Shown one piece after another: positions 37,501 through 50,600 of a DNA stretch of 64,000 nt. Origin of the DNA: Macrostomum lignano (Eukaryota); NCBI GenBank assembly GCA_002269645.1, contig NIVC01000621.1:434001-498000 (forward strand), read 5' to 3'. The stretch's first letter is position 1, and each line of letters begins with the position of its first letter. The translations under genes and the position numbers were made by a program. The notes under the pieces were generated by a model that saw nothing but the letters and a program-made list of their open reading frames with translations, was not told the origin of the DNA and ran no database searches.

Positions 37501-38286
37501 TAGACGCCGCTATTCTTTTTGATCTTTCATTAGATGCCGCTATCCTCTTTAATCTCTCCTTAGATGCCGATATTCTCTTTGATCTTTTATTAGATGCCGC
37601 TATTCTCTTTAATCTTCAGTAGATGCCACTATTCTCTTTAATCTTTTATTAGATGCCGCTATTCTTTTTGATCTTTCAATAGATGCCGCTATTCTCTTTG
37701 ATCTCTCCTTGGATGCCAATATTCTCTTTGATATTTCATTAGATGCCGCTGTTCTCTTTGATTTTTTAGTAGATGCCGCTATTCTCTTTAATCTTTCAGT
37801 AAATGCCGCCTATCTTATACCCAGTTAAGCAGGCCCGTAAATCAGTCTAGTGCAACCAACCAACTGCACCCGCAGAGCTCCGAGATTGAAGAGGACGATC
37901 CCGCTGGCCACCGCAAGGCGGTGTACGTGCAGACCTGTCGCCTATTCGCCGACCTGGAGAAACTGCGCCAGAACGAGGAGACCAGAGCCGCCAATGAGAG
38001 GAAGCGCAAAGCGGTAGAAGAGGAGGCGGCAAAAGAAGCCAAAGAGCACCAGCGGGAGTGGCAGAAAAATTTTGAAGAATCTCGCCACGAACGAACTCAG
38101 AGTTGGAGAAGCTTTAATGCAGCTGGGCCTGCTGCTGCTTCATCTGCCCCAGCCGCTGTTCCCAGCTCCGGAGAATCATTGCCTAAAAAGAAGAAAAAAG
38201 CAAAGAAAGGCAAAGGCAATCAGTTAGGCTTCGGATTTCGACCGCCGAAGCATAAAGCTGAGGAGAGGCCTCAGAATCAGAGTTGA
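28573..38286 (+). CDS. DNAJC8: DnaJ homolog subfamily C member 8 (SPF31). Exons 28573-28623, 34683-34793, 36491-36742, 37876 (or 37825)-38286
   Basis: FYEE|VKQIEHRDAVLTPKQQIDRLNRPGSSYFNLNPFDVLQ|VDPE...LLVHPDKN...EEDDP...EWQKNFEESR...FRPPK matches DNAJC8. All introns are phase 0. Confidence 0.95.
28790..32930. repeat. AT-rich compound repeat in DNAJC8 intron 1: diverged tandem, inverted and direct copies, including 3 x ~178-bp units at 29664-30190
   Basis: GCAAGTTGATATTTAAATGA at 30261 has its reverse complement at 31291 and a direct copy near 32420. ~29270-29460 is inverted at ~31890-32090. ATTCCC anchors lie at 29664, 29842 and 30019. Confidence 0.85.
34940..36215. repeat. 26-27-bp minisatellite in DNAJC8 intron 2
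   Basis: Unit GGAGGGATTGCTGAGATGTCAAGACTT; the left variant is ...CAGGCTTATGGGG. Confidence 0.97.
36755..37824. repeat. 30-bp minisatellite filling DNAJC8 intron 3
   Basis: Unit TAGATGCCGCTATTCTCTTTGATCTTTCAG. Confidence 0.95.
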
Positions 38287-38419
38287 ATCCAGTTTTGCCG
38301 ACTTGATGATCCCAGTTTAGTGCTTTTAATTTCTCGCCGTTCTGTTATAGCTGTTGCTGTTCTTGGCTTTGTTTCAGGAAAAGGAACCTTTTCTTTTGCA
38401 ATAATGGCTCTATCTCCCA

Positions 38420-41210
38420 TGAAAATCGCCCTCTCTCCTATGAGAATCGCCCTCCATCTCCTATGAGAATCGCCCTCGATCTCCTATGAGAATCGCCCTA
38501 GATCTCCTATGAGAATCGCCCTCCATCTCCTATGTGAATCGCCCTCCATATCCTATGAGAATCGCCCTCCATCTCCGATGAGAATTGCCCTCTCTCCTAT
38601 GAGAATCGCCCTTAATCTCCTATGAGAATCGTCCTTCCTTTTGCTTAAATTATTAGTTTCTAAGAAGGTTCTTAGTCATGCGATTGAACATATAATAAAA
38701 ACCGCAACTAAAATCTACTAGCCTACTGCATCGTAAATTTCAAGTAGTATGTGTCGAGTTTGCTTGTTTTTCTGTATTGTGCATTTTATATTTAGTAATA
38801 CCTAATTCTGCCTATGCATATAATAAATTTAAGGTGTCATCAGCAACGTCGTTTAACTAGGAAAGGTTTAGTGTAAAAAACTCATTTTATGCTAATTTTT
38901 GTCTAAACTTCATTGCTTCATGATGGCCTAAGGCTATTTTTTTAATGAGTTTTAACTGAACTTTACAATTGTAATTTCCTTAGCACATTTGCATAGGCAA
39001 TTTCGATAAAATTCTCTACTTAGAATAGCTCTGCTCAAACTTTATAGTGTTGGGCAAATTTGTTCTCAGCTAGTATGCCTTCTCCTATCGTCTGTTAAGC
39101 TGCTTGAGTTCGCTTGGTAACTGCTCAGCTTATGTCGGAGATCCAGACTTTAGTATCGAGCTCAAATTTTTAATCCTATTTTTGCTATGTGCACTTTCTG
39201 TAGGCCTGGCCTTAAAGGCACACGCTATGAGGTTAATTTGATGCATTGGCTGCTACTTCTGGGTCTACGTGTGCTTGCCACCAGCCTCCCAGATCCTCAG
39301 TTGCTGGGTCAGCCTCCCAGATCCTCAGTTGCTGGGCCAGCCTCCCAGATGCTCAGTTGCTGGATCAGCCTCCCAGAGTGTCAGTTGCTGGGCCAGCCTC
39401 CCAGATCCTCAGTTGCTGGACCAGCCTCCCAGATTCCTCAGTTGCTGGGCCACCAGCCTCCCAGATCCTCAATTGCTGGGCCAGCCTCCCAGATCCTCAA
39501 TTGCTGGACCAGCCTCCCAGATCCTCAATTGCTGGGCCAGCCTCCTAGATCCTCAATTGCTGGGCCAGCCTCCCAGATCCTCAATTTCTGGGCCAGCCTC
39601 CCAGATCCTCAATTGCTGGGCCAGCCTCCCAGATCCTCAATTGCTGGGCCAGCCTCCCAGATCCTCAATTGCTGGGCCAGCCTCCCAGATCCTCAATTGC
39701 TGGGCCAGCCTCCCAGATCCTCAATTGCTGGGCCAGCCTCCCAGATCCTCAATTGCTGGGCCAGCCTCCCAGATCCTCAATTGCTGGGCCAGCCTCCCAG
39801 ATCCTCAATTGCTGGGCCAGCCTCCCAGATCCTCAATTGCTGGGCCAGCCTCCCAGATCCTCAATTTCTGGGCCAGCCTCCCAGATCCTCAATTGCTGGG
39901 CCAGCCTCCCAGATCCTCAATTGCTGGGCCAGCCTCCCAGATCCTCAATTGCTGGGCCAGCCTCCCAGATCCTCAATTGCTGGGCCAGCCTCCCAGATCC
40001 TCAATTTCTGGGCCAGCCTCCCAGATCCTCAAGTGTCCAATGCCACACTGCTGTAATCTAAATGATAAGACATCACGACCCCAGAAGCGTTGGTGCCTAC
40101 TGGATTCTACCTTGTTTTTTTGCCAACCTTGACTACCCACTGGTCTTGCGATCCACCTTGCGATGTGGGTGGGATCTAAAAGGGAAAGTTTTCCCCTTAG
40201 CAGGCGGTCCTTGAACATGCGAGGGATTCGGCCTGGGGCCATTAGTCACGGCTGCATAATCTGTTATGGTTATCTGTGCATAACCCTCCCCCCCCCAACT
40301 GTTCACGTGGTCAGCGAGGTTGCTGGGGGAAGGTGGGATCTGCTGGAATGACAGGGACAGGTGGTGACACTCTGGGGGCAGGGGACGATTCGGTAAAACT
40401 GCAGTTTAACACAGTTTACATGAGAAATATTAAGGTTTCTCCTCACCTCGTGCCTTGCTATCATCCATATCGAACGAATTTTGCTTTTGTTGGCTGCATG
40501 GCGGTTTGCTTCGGAAAAGTTCAAAGGGAATACGAGCTATATGTAAAATATGATGATGGCGAACTTTCCAGGAGAACGAGAATTATCGATGAAGTGAATA
40601 TTCGCGGCTTGTCATATTATACATATTTATGCTTTGCTAAAATTCTCCAAATAATGCAAGCTGAAGTGTTGATCTAGCTAAGAGAAATGACATTGCAATG
40701 CAAACTATTCTGTGTATGCCACGTTGGGGCCGGGTCCCTTGAAGGGAATTTATCCCATTCAGCGTCTACCGAACGCTGTTTAGTGAATTCCCTTCACTTC
40801 ACCTGCTGCTGGGCATGGCGAATTTTTTTCTGACAGTGTTAAAGCGGTACTGCTGCACGGGTTGTGTGCTATTTTGCTGTGTAGCTGCACTGGTAGGTAG
40901 TTAGATAGAGAGATAGATAGGCAGACAGATAGATAGACAGACAAATAGATAGATACATACATAGATCGATAGATACATAGATAGATCGATAGATAGATAC
41001 ATACATAGATAGATAGATCAATAGATAGATAGATAGACAGACAGACAGATAGATAGACAGATAGACAGACAGACAGACAGATAGATAGACAGATAGACAG
41101 ACAGACAGATAGATATACCGACAGATAGATAGATAGATAGATAGGCAGACAGATAGATAGATAGATAGATAGACCGACAGATAGATAGATAGATAGATAG
41201 GCAGACAGAT

Positions 41211-41252
<42 letters not shown>

Positions 41253-42915
41253 GCAGACAGATAGATAGATAGATAGATAGATAGGCAGACAGATAGATAG
41301 ATAGATAGATAGGGAGACAGATAGATAGACAGACAGATAGATAGACAGATAGACAGACAGATAGACCGACAGATAGATAGATAGATAGATAGATAGGCAG
41401 ACAGATAAATAGATAGATAGATAGATAGATAGGCAGACAGATAGATACTCGTAGATAGATAGATAGGCAGACAGATAGATAGATAGGCAGACAGATAGAT
41501 AGAAGAGTTGCCCAGTCGTCAAACGCAGGCACCCCTTCCCTGATTTTAAGCCTTCTGAGCTGCCACTACGCCATTTTAATCCGAGCGGTCTCACCTACTC
41601 TCTGCAGCCCTGTCTTTAGCGAGAATGAAATCTCGCTAAATACCGCCTCTTACGAAAAAACTTGGTAGCTATGCCAACTTTGGCGAAGTGAACTGCAAGT
41701 GCTCAGATTGACCTGCTGCTTTGGCGGCGGCAAACATGAAAGACCTGGAGTATATATACCGTATGTATAAGAAAAGCCAGGTCAAATAGTGCTCCATTCT
41801 TCCGCGGATCTTGAAATCCTCTACACACTGAATTATATCCACCTGATCCTGATCACCCTTTCCCTTGTGAGCAGTGCTCAAGTTGTAGAAGCTTGGGTTA
41901 AGCGTTAAGGCAATAAATTTTCGATTTCTTCCCTGAAGCATCCTTTGTGTGGATGGTGCACATGCGGGTGAAAGGCACACGCATCCTTATAATTATCAAC
42001 AACACTGTGCGGGTACGAACGGTGTTCTCACTCCTCCCCCCTCTCTTTCTAACTTTCAGATTAGCCAACCCCTTTAGCTGATGGTAGATTAGCGCTGGCC
42101 TAGTTCCATAATTTAATTACACGTGTGTGTTCTCAAGTTTTAATGGTGCCTAAAAATTATGACCCTGTTCAAATAATACCCCCTGCTAATCAGTGTTGCG
42201 CTGTTGTAAAATTATTGCCACGTAAGTTACACGTAGGTTGAGAGGCCATGTGCCTTGTAAAGACAGATCAAGGGAGCGATTTTGACATGCAAATTGATGA
42301 ATACTTGGTACGTTAAAATAAATATATAGGCAACAAAGAAATAGGTGAGAGGGACTGGTAGATCAGGAGAGAGTGACGGGTAGGTCAGGGTAGAGTGACT
42401 GGTAGATCAGGAGAGAGTGACGGGTAGGTCAGGAGAGAGTGACGGGTAGATCAGGGGACAGTGACTGGTAGATCAGGAGAGAGTGACTGGTAGATCAGGG
42501 GACAGTGACTGGTAGATCAAGAGAGAGTGACTGGTAGATCAGGAGAGAGTGACTGGTAGATCAGGAGAGAGTGACTGGTAGATCAGGAGAGAGTGACTGG
42601 TAGATCAGGAGAGAGTGACTGGTAGATCAGGAGAGAGTGACGGGTAGATCAGGAGAGGGTGACTGGTAGATCAGGAGAGAGTGACTGGTAGATCAGGAGA
42701 GAGTGACTGGTAGATCAGGAGAGAGTGACTGGTAGATCAGGAGAGAGTGACTGGTAGATCAGGAGAGAGTGACTGGTAGATCAGGAGAGAGTGACTGGTA
42801 GATCAGGAGAGAGTGACGGGTAGATCAGGAGAGGGTGACTGGTAGATCAGTAGACAGTGACTGGTAGATCAGGAGAGAGTGACTGGTAGATCAGTAGACA
42901 GTGACTGGTAGATCA
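38420..42915. repeat. Four arrays: 23 bp (38420-38635), 28 bp (39280-40030), (AGAT/AGAC)n (40895-41500), 22 bp (42345-42915)
   Basis: Units CCTATGAGAATCGCCCTCCATCT, CTGGGCCAGCCTCCCAGATCCTCAATTG and GACTGGTAGATCAGGAGAGAGT. Confidence 0.92.
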
Positions 42916-43399
42916 GCAAAGAGTTCATTTATTGTTTAAAAGCGACTGCGGCAGATGTTGGCATTGCCAAAACTCCCGGATTAGAAAGTGTCCTTTAGCT
43001 CGTCAACTGACGCGAAGGCTTAATGAAGCTCGCGAAGCTGAGTCTGCCGAAATAAGCGCGGGTTTACTCTAAAATATTCATAATTAAATCGATCTATCGA
43101 CTGTTTATCTCAACCCCTCGCGCGCTTCCAGTGAACACTGTCCAGTCAGTTACCATCCACAACACAGCAACCCCCAAGCCCCAAATTCGAAGTGCGCTGC
43201 GCATATTTTTATAACTCGAATGCAGAACGGGGGACTGTCGGTAGTTAGGCTGCCAGTGTCTTTTTTACCAAAAATTAGGGCGGCTTTTTGAACAAAGGAT
43301 TGCAGCGTGACGGCTCATTGGCAAAGATGGATGACATTTCTGGTAAGATCTTATTAAACTGTCTGCCCATTTTTGTAGACTTTTACTGTAGCAGACGTT

Positions 43400-45550
43400 G
43401 ATTTTAGTGGCGCCGTCTCTGACTTTGACTGTTGTGGCGCCGTGTCTGACTTTGATTGTGTTGGCGCCGTGTCTGACTTTGATTGTGTTGGCGCCGTGTC
43501 TGACTTTGATTGTGTTGGCGCCGTGTCTGACTTTGATTGTGTTGGCGCCGTGTCTGACTTTGATTGTTGTAGCGCCGTGTCTGACTTTTATTGTGTTGGC
43601 GCTGTGTCTGGCTTTGATTGTGTTGGCGCCGTGTCTGACTTTGATTGTGTTGGCGCCGTGTCTGACTTTGATTGTGTTGGCGCGGTCTCTGACTTTGATT
43701 GTTTTGGCGCCGTGTCTGACTTTGATTGTTGTGGCGCCGTGTCTGACTTTGATTGTTGTAGCGCCGTGTCTGACTTTGATTGTTGTGGCGCCGTGTCTGA
43801 CTTTGATTGTTGTGGCGCCGTGTCTGACTTTGATTGTTGTGGCGCCGTGTCTGACTTTGATTGTTGTGGCGCCGTGTCTGACCTTGATTGTTGTAACGCC
43901 GTGTCTGACCTTGATTGTTGTGGTGCCGTGTCTGACCTTGATTGTTTTGGCGCCGTCTCTGAATTTTATTGTGTTGGCGCCGTCTTTAGCGCCACAACAG
44001 ACGCTGTAGAGCGCCACAACGGTACAGACACTGGAATATTAGCGGCACAACATGCACTGAAGAGCGCCACAACTCACTGGAGAGCGCCACAACAGGCACT
44101 GGAGAGCGCCACAACACACTGGAGAGCGCCACAACACACTGAAGAGCGCCACAACAGGCACTGGAGAGCGCCACAAAAGGCACTAGTGAGCGCCACAACA
44201 CACTGAAAAGCGCCACAACAGGAACTGGAGAGTGTCACAACACACTGGAGAGCGCCACAACACACTGGAGAGCGCCACAACACACTGGAGAGCGCCACAA
44301 CACACTGGAGAGTGCCACAACACACTGGAGAGTGCCACAACACACTGGAGAGCGCCACAACAGGCACTGGAGAGCGCCACAACAGGCACTGGAGAACGCC
44401 ACAAAAGGCACTAGTGAGCGCCACAACACACTGAAGAGCGCCACAACAGGCACTAGTGAGCGCCACAACACACTGGAGAGCGCCACAACAGGCACTAATG
44501 AGCGCCACAGCACACTGAAGAGCGCCACAACAGGCACTAATGAGCGCCACAGCACACTGAAGAGCGCCACAACAGGCACTGGAGAGTGTCACAACACACT
44601 GGAGAGCGTCACAACACACTGGAGAGCGCCACAACACACTGGAGAGCGCCACAACACACTGGAGAGCGCAACAACACACTGGAGAGTGCCACAACACACT
44701 GGAGAGCGCCACAGCACACTGAAGAGCGCCACAACAGGCACTGGAGAGTGTCACAACACACTGGAGAGCGTCACAACACACTAGAGAGCGCCACAACACA
44801 CTGGAGAGCGCCACAACACACTGGAGAGCGCCACAACACACTGGAGAGTGCCACAACACACTGGAGAGCGCCACAACACACTGGAGAGCGCCACAACACA
44901 CTGGAGAGTGCCACAACACACTGGAGAGCGCCACAACACACTGGAGAACGCCACAACAGGCACTGGAGAGTGTCACAACACACTGGAGAGCGTCACAACA
45001 GGCACTGGAGAGTGTCACAACACACTGGAGAACGCCACAACAGGCACTGGAGAGTGTCACAACACACTGGAGAGCGTCACAACACACTGGAGAGCGCCAC
45101 AACACACTGGAGAGCGCCACAACAGGCACTGGAGAGCGCCACAACAGGCACTGGAGAGCGCCACAAAAGGCACTAGTGAGCGCCACAACACACTGAAAAG
45201 CGCCACAACAGGCACTGGAGAGTGTCACAACACACTGGAGAGCGTCACAACACACTGGAGAGCGCCACAAAAGTCACTAGAGAGCGCCACAACAGGCACT
45301 GGAGAGTGTCACAACACACTGGAGAGCGTCACAACACACTGGAGAGCGCCACAAAAGTCACTAGAGAGCGCCACAACAGGCACTGGAGAGTGTCACAACA
45401 CACTGGAGAGCGTCACAACACACTGGAGAGCGCCACAAAAGTCACTAGAGAGCGCCACAACAGGCACTGGAGAGTATCACAACACACTGGAGAGCGTCAC
45501 AACACACTGGAGAGCGCCACAAAAGTCACTAGAGAGCGCCACAACAGACA
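43400..45550. repeat. Adjacent 27-bp (43400-43990) and 20/23-bp (44050-45550) arrays; the 27-bp unit recurs at 47350-47480
   Basis: Units GACTTTGATTGTGTTGGCGCCGTGTCT and CTGGAGAGCGCCACAACACA; a ~84-bp higher-order unit occurs at 45216-45545. Confidence 0.95.
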
Positions 45551-47033
45551 CCACAATTCTAGCGCCCTATATGCACTAATTTTAGTCCAAACCACTCTCT
45601 ATAGGCTACAGCTTTTTATGGCCTTCGGAGACGAGACTTGGAACTGCAAAATGTGTAGACAGGCCGGGGCGAACAGAAATCATTTCTTTTCAACACACAC
45701 TCGAGAAAGGATGAGTTGGGAGAAGGAAATTGCGGACGAGCTCTCCTCTTTTGCTTTAGCGGAGGCAGGGCATCCCGTCCTGCTCTGCTTTTTAATCGGT
45801 CTGATGGTTGCTCCATCTACTTCGACTTTGTGGCCTGGTTTTGCTTATCCACTCTCTGGCTGCATGGATGGGCCCTCCGGGGGTCGGGACTGTTTGGATG
45901 CGAGCTGACCATCTCCCGCCAGAGTTTGCTCAGCTCCAGGAAAAACTGGTCCAGAGTTGAACTTTAATTATACTACTATTGAGTTTAAATTGTGTTGTTT
46001 TCTGATTGAAAAAGTTCATCTTGTGTACCTGATTGTGCTTTTATTACTGGGAAGGCTCATTTTTGTGTTGATGTCGGGTATCAAGTAATAGTTTTTCCCC
46101 TCTGTGAATTTAATGATCCTAGTGGGGTTGGGAAAGCTAAAAGAGGGGAGAGGATAAAGGAGATGGATGAGAGGAAATGAGGGAGCTGGAAGACAGGAAA
46201 AAATGGAGAGGGGAAAAGAGAAGAGAGAGGAGAGAGGAGATGAGCGGAGATAGAGCAGAGACCAAAGGGTAAAGAGAGAAGAGGGGAGAGGAGAAGATCG
46301 GAGAGGAGAGGAGAGAGAAGAGGGGAGAGGAGAGGGGAGAGAGTAGAGAGAGAAGAGGGGAGGGAAGTGAGAAGAGAGGAGATGAGCGGAGATAGAGCAG
46401 AGACTAGAAAGTATAGAGAGAAGAGGGGAAAGCAGAAGATCGGAGAGGAGAGGGGAGAGAGGAGAGGGGAGAGAGGAGAGGGGAGAGAGGAGAGGGGAGA
46501 GAGGAGAGGGGAGAAGGGAGAGAGAGGAGAGAGAAGAGAGGAGAGAGGAGAGGGGATAGGAGAGGAGAAAGGAGAGGAGAGAGGAGAGGGGAGAGAGAGG
46601 AGAGAGGAGAGGAGAGGAGAGAGCTAGGAGAGAGAGCCGGGAGGAGAGGGGAGAGAGTAGAGAGAGAAGAGGGGAGGGATGAGAGAAGAGAGGAGAGAGG
46701 AGATGAGCGGAGACTAGAAAGTATAGAGAGAAGAGGGGAAAGCAGAAGATCGGAGAGGAGAGGGAAGAGGAGAGAGCTAGAAGAGAGAGAGCCGGGGGGA
46801 GAGGGGAGAGAGTAGAGAGAGAAGAGGGGAGGGATGAGAGAAGAGAGGAAAAGGGACAATAGCGAAAGAAAAGAAGGTAAGATAGAGAGAGATATACAAT
46901 TTTATATATAATTTAGGATGCTGGAAGACATCAGAGAGATAAGGTGGAGCAGGGAAGAGAAATGTGAATGAGAATAAAGAAGTATTGCACGAGACGCCAC
47001 AGAGATGTCCGCATCAGTCGCTGCAGTCCACAC

Positions 47034-47627
47034 CCCTCAGAACTGAGCACTTGTAGGCTCGCATCAGAAGCGGCAATAAGTTCTCAATATTCCAAAAAAG
47101 TTGACTGAAAAAAACAAAGCACAAACGGATGGTAATGACCCAAGCTTTGGGTTTTTCAGTATTGCTTTTAGCTAGCGTGATGATCAATTCGTAAAAGGTG
47201 ACAGTAGACGATACAATGTCACGCAAACTAAACAAAACACTGTTGATGTCCACTGAGCTTAATGGGACTACTCAGACTCGGGGTCATCAGTTATTTTCAA
47301 AATAGCGTCTTTTTATTGTCAGTTTTGGGAGAACTCGAAATTTTCTATTGACTTCGATTGTGTTGGCGCCGTCTGTGACTTTGATTGTGTTGGCGCCGTG
47401 TCTGACTTTGATTGTGTTGGCGCCGTGTCTGACTTTGATTGTGTTGGCGCCGTGTCTGACTTTGATTTTAGCGCCACAACAGACATAAAGGGCCGACCTT
47501 CCAGGCCCAGAAGCAGCCCGAATTTTGTCGTTAATATGCCAAGTGGCGGTTCAGCAACCCCGATTTGGTTAACGAACTTTGACACACTCCCGTTTCTATC
47601 CATTAGCACCTCGAGACAGGCTATCGG
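47034..47627 (-). CDS. Putative exons of an unidentified gene (47627-47498 and 47252-47034)
   Basis: Two open frames with AG/GT ends join in phase 1: ...GLLLGLE-V-DINSVLFSLRDIVSS...RAYKCSVLR. The intron holds a 27-bp array. No homology was recognised. Confidence 0.35.
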
Positions 47628-50600
47628 CTATCAGTCTGGCTTGAATTCCCATCTGGGAGTCTTGTAACACAGCAGTATATAACAGTAGGGTCAGGAACAG
47701 CCAGTGCTTTTATGACTTTATAGAATTCGGTTCCGCGTTCGAGCTTGAAAACTTGAGGAGAAGAGATAGCGACACCTCACGCAAACATGCGGTATTTTTG
47801 AGTCTAGATGATGCAACAAATTTCCCAACCAGCCTCTCCGATGCATAATTAATTAGGCAGATGAAGCTGCAAGCGACAACTAGCTCGTATATTATTAACT
47901 TGTATCAGAGTAAAAGAGACACAATATGCACTGCAAGTGAAGCTTGATGCAACCTTGGCTGTGACTTCAGATAACCTCATTGGCTTTCGCTAAGGCAAAG
48001 GTCACCCAGGGTCTGGCAAGTTGCATCTCTTCTCTCCCTTCTCCTCTCCTCTCCCTTCTCCTCTCTTCTCTTCTCTCCCCTCTCTCTCCCCTCTCCTCTC
48101 CTTTATCTACTCCTCTCTCCTCTCTTCTCCCCATCTTATCTCTCATCGCTGTACTGTCCTATCTTTCCTTCTATCGTGTCTTCTCTCACCTCTCCCCTCT
48201 ATTCTAAGATGCGTTCACAGCAATCGACAGAATCGGAGCTAGCACTGAAAAATCAGAGAACAAATACACTCTTATATCGGTCCGTTAAATCTGAAGTGGT
48301 CAATAAAATACATCAGCTAGTTAGCAAACATCATCGGAATATATATATATATAGGAAGAAACGGATGCTCAGCTGGTTCCTTTTTTGAGCTGAGCCGCGC
48401 TGTCCAGGGTGGGGTTGGGAGGGAGAGAGAGAGAAGTCTCAGCAGAGCCAATGGACAGCAACTCCCATTCATGGGTTTGGAGCTATCGGCAGAGTTGTAT
48501 AAAATTATCCCTTAGTTAACATCGTTTTCTACCTCTCAAAAGCGAAGTTGAATTTCTAAAATTCTATATTCAACAATCGTAATATGGTTTTTAGCCATAG
48601 CTTTGCTCAGCCAATGGTGGAACTGAAGATTTCTGATGTCACTGTCTATGCTGGTGAGCCTCCCTTGCTTTGTGATTGATTGCTGTCAAGTACCGCACAC
48701 TCAGGGGCAGATGGAGAGAGAGTGAGATGATGAGAGTGAAATGAGGAGAGAGTGAGATGGAGAGAGAGTGAGATGGTGAGACTGAGATTGTGAGAAAGGG
48801 ACATGAGGAGAGTGAGATGGCGAGAGTAAGATAGTGAGAGTGAGAAGGTGAAAGAATGAGATGGTGAGAGAGTGAGATGAGGAGAGAGTGAGATTGTAAG
48901 AGTGTGAGATGAGGTGAGAGTGAGATAATGAGAATAAGATGGTTAGAGTGAGATTGTGAGAGAGTTAGATGAGGAGAGAGTGAGTTGGGGAGAGAGTGAG
49001 ATGGAGAGAGAGTGAGATAAGGAGAGAGTGAGATGATGAGAGTGAAATGAGGAGAGAGTGAGATGGAGAGAGAGTGAAATGATGAGAGTGAAATGAGGAG
49101 AGAGTGAGATGGAGAGAGAGTGAGATGATGAGAGTGAAATGAGGAGAGAGTGAGATGGAGAGAGAATGAGATGATGAGAGTGAAATGAGGAGAGAGTGAT
49201 ATGGAGAGAGAGTGAGATTGTGAGAGTCAGATGGTGAGAGTGAGATTGTGAGAAAGGGACATGAGGAGAGAGTGAGATGGTGAAAGAGTGAGATGGTGAG
49301 ATAGTGAGATGAGGAGAGAGTGAGATTGTGAGAGAGTTAGATGAGGAGAGAGTGAGATGGTAAGAGAGTGAGTTGAGGAGAGAATGAGATAAGTAGAGAG
49401 TGAGGGAGAATGAGAGAGTGAGAAGGAGGGTGATGTAGGAGATGATAGAGGAGTATGGACACAAATTTCCCTATGTGCCGGGAACACATACAAACAAGTA
49501 ATTTAACAAAAACTGCTTTAGCAATTTTCTTCCGGAAGAGAAAAGCTTCTATCATAGATAATTTGTACCAGAAAGCAGAAAAATTGGTTGGCCAGCAGAT
49601 GTTGTCTTTTAGGGGCAGAAAATTGTCACAAAATTGCTGTTTTTCTGTGTTCGACAATCCTCCCGGCAATTTTCCTTGGAGTCTCAGGTGCTTAAAAAAA
49701 TTTTTGCTAGCGGCAAGAAGATTTCGCAGCTTTTATGATTGATAAACAATCTAGTTTAGCGCGAAACGACGACAGTTTTTTTCGGCTAATTTGAAATGTA
49801 ATTAATCTGATAAAACTCGCGAAATTTTATATTTCTACATTTCTACTCTAAGTAGTGCAGTTTCCCTTTTTTCCCTTTTTTCCCAATTTCCATTTTTTGT
49901 CGCCAATTTCCAACTTTTATCGCCATTTGCCAACTTTGGCGCCATTTCAAAGATACCTTGGCGCCATTTGCCACCTTTGGCGCCATTTCAAAGATACCTT
50001 GGCGCCATTTGCCACCTTTGGCGCCATTTGCCACCTTTGGCGCCATTTCAAAGATACCTTGGCGCCATTTGCCACCTTTGGCACCATCTCTAATCCTTTT
50101 GGCGCCATTTGCCCCAGTTCGGATGCCACTTTTCGTATTTGGTGCCATTTCCAGTCTTTAGCGCCATCTCTGTGACGCCATTCCAGCCGGATTTGGTGGT
50201 GGCTGCACGACAATTTTATCGAAAATAAAGTTTGAAAAAGAAAAGCAAATCAATTTTTTGGATGTTTCCAAAAGTTTTCATTTTTATTTTAGCGCCGCAG
50301 ACACTCATTTTGGCGCCGCAGGCATTCATTTTGGCGCCGCAGGCACTCATTTTAGCGCCGCAGGCACTCATTTTGGCGCCGCAGGCACTCATTTTGGTGC
50401 CGCAGGCACTCATTTTGGCGCCACAGGCGGGCACTCATTTTGGCGCCACAGGCATTTATTTTGGAGCCGCAGGCACTCATTTTAGCGCCGCAGGCACTTA
50501 TTTTGGCGCCGTAGGCGGGCACTCATTTTGGCGCCGAAAGCAGACACTCATTTTGGCGCTGATGGCGGTATATTTTGGCGCCCAGAAACGAAAGTATTGA

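Noticed and set aside
45600-45960. Possible LINE/Penelope fragment
   Set aside because: All frames have stops and no RT or endonuclease motif was recognised.
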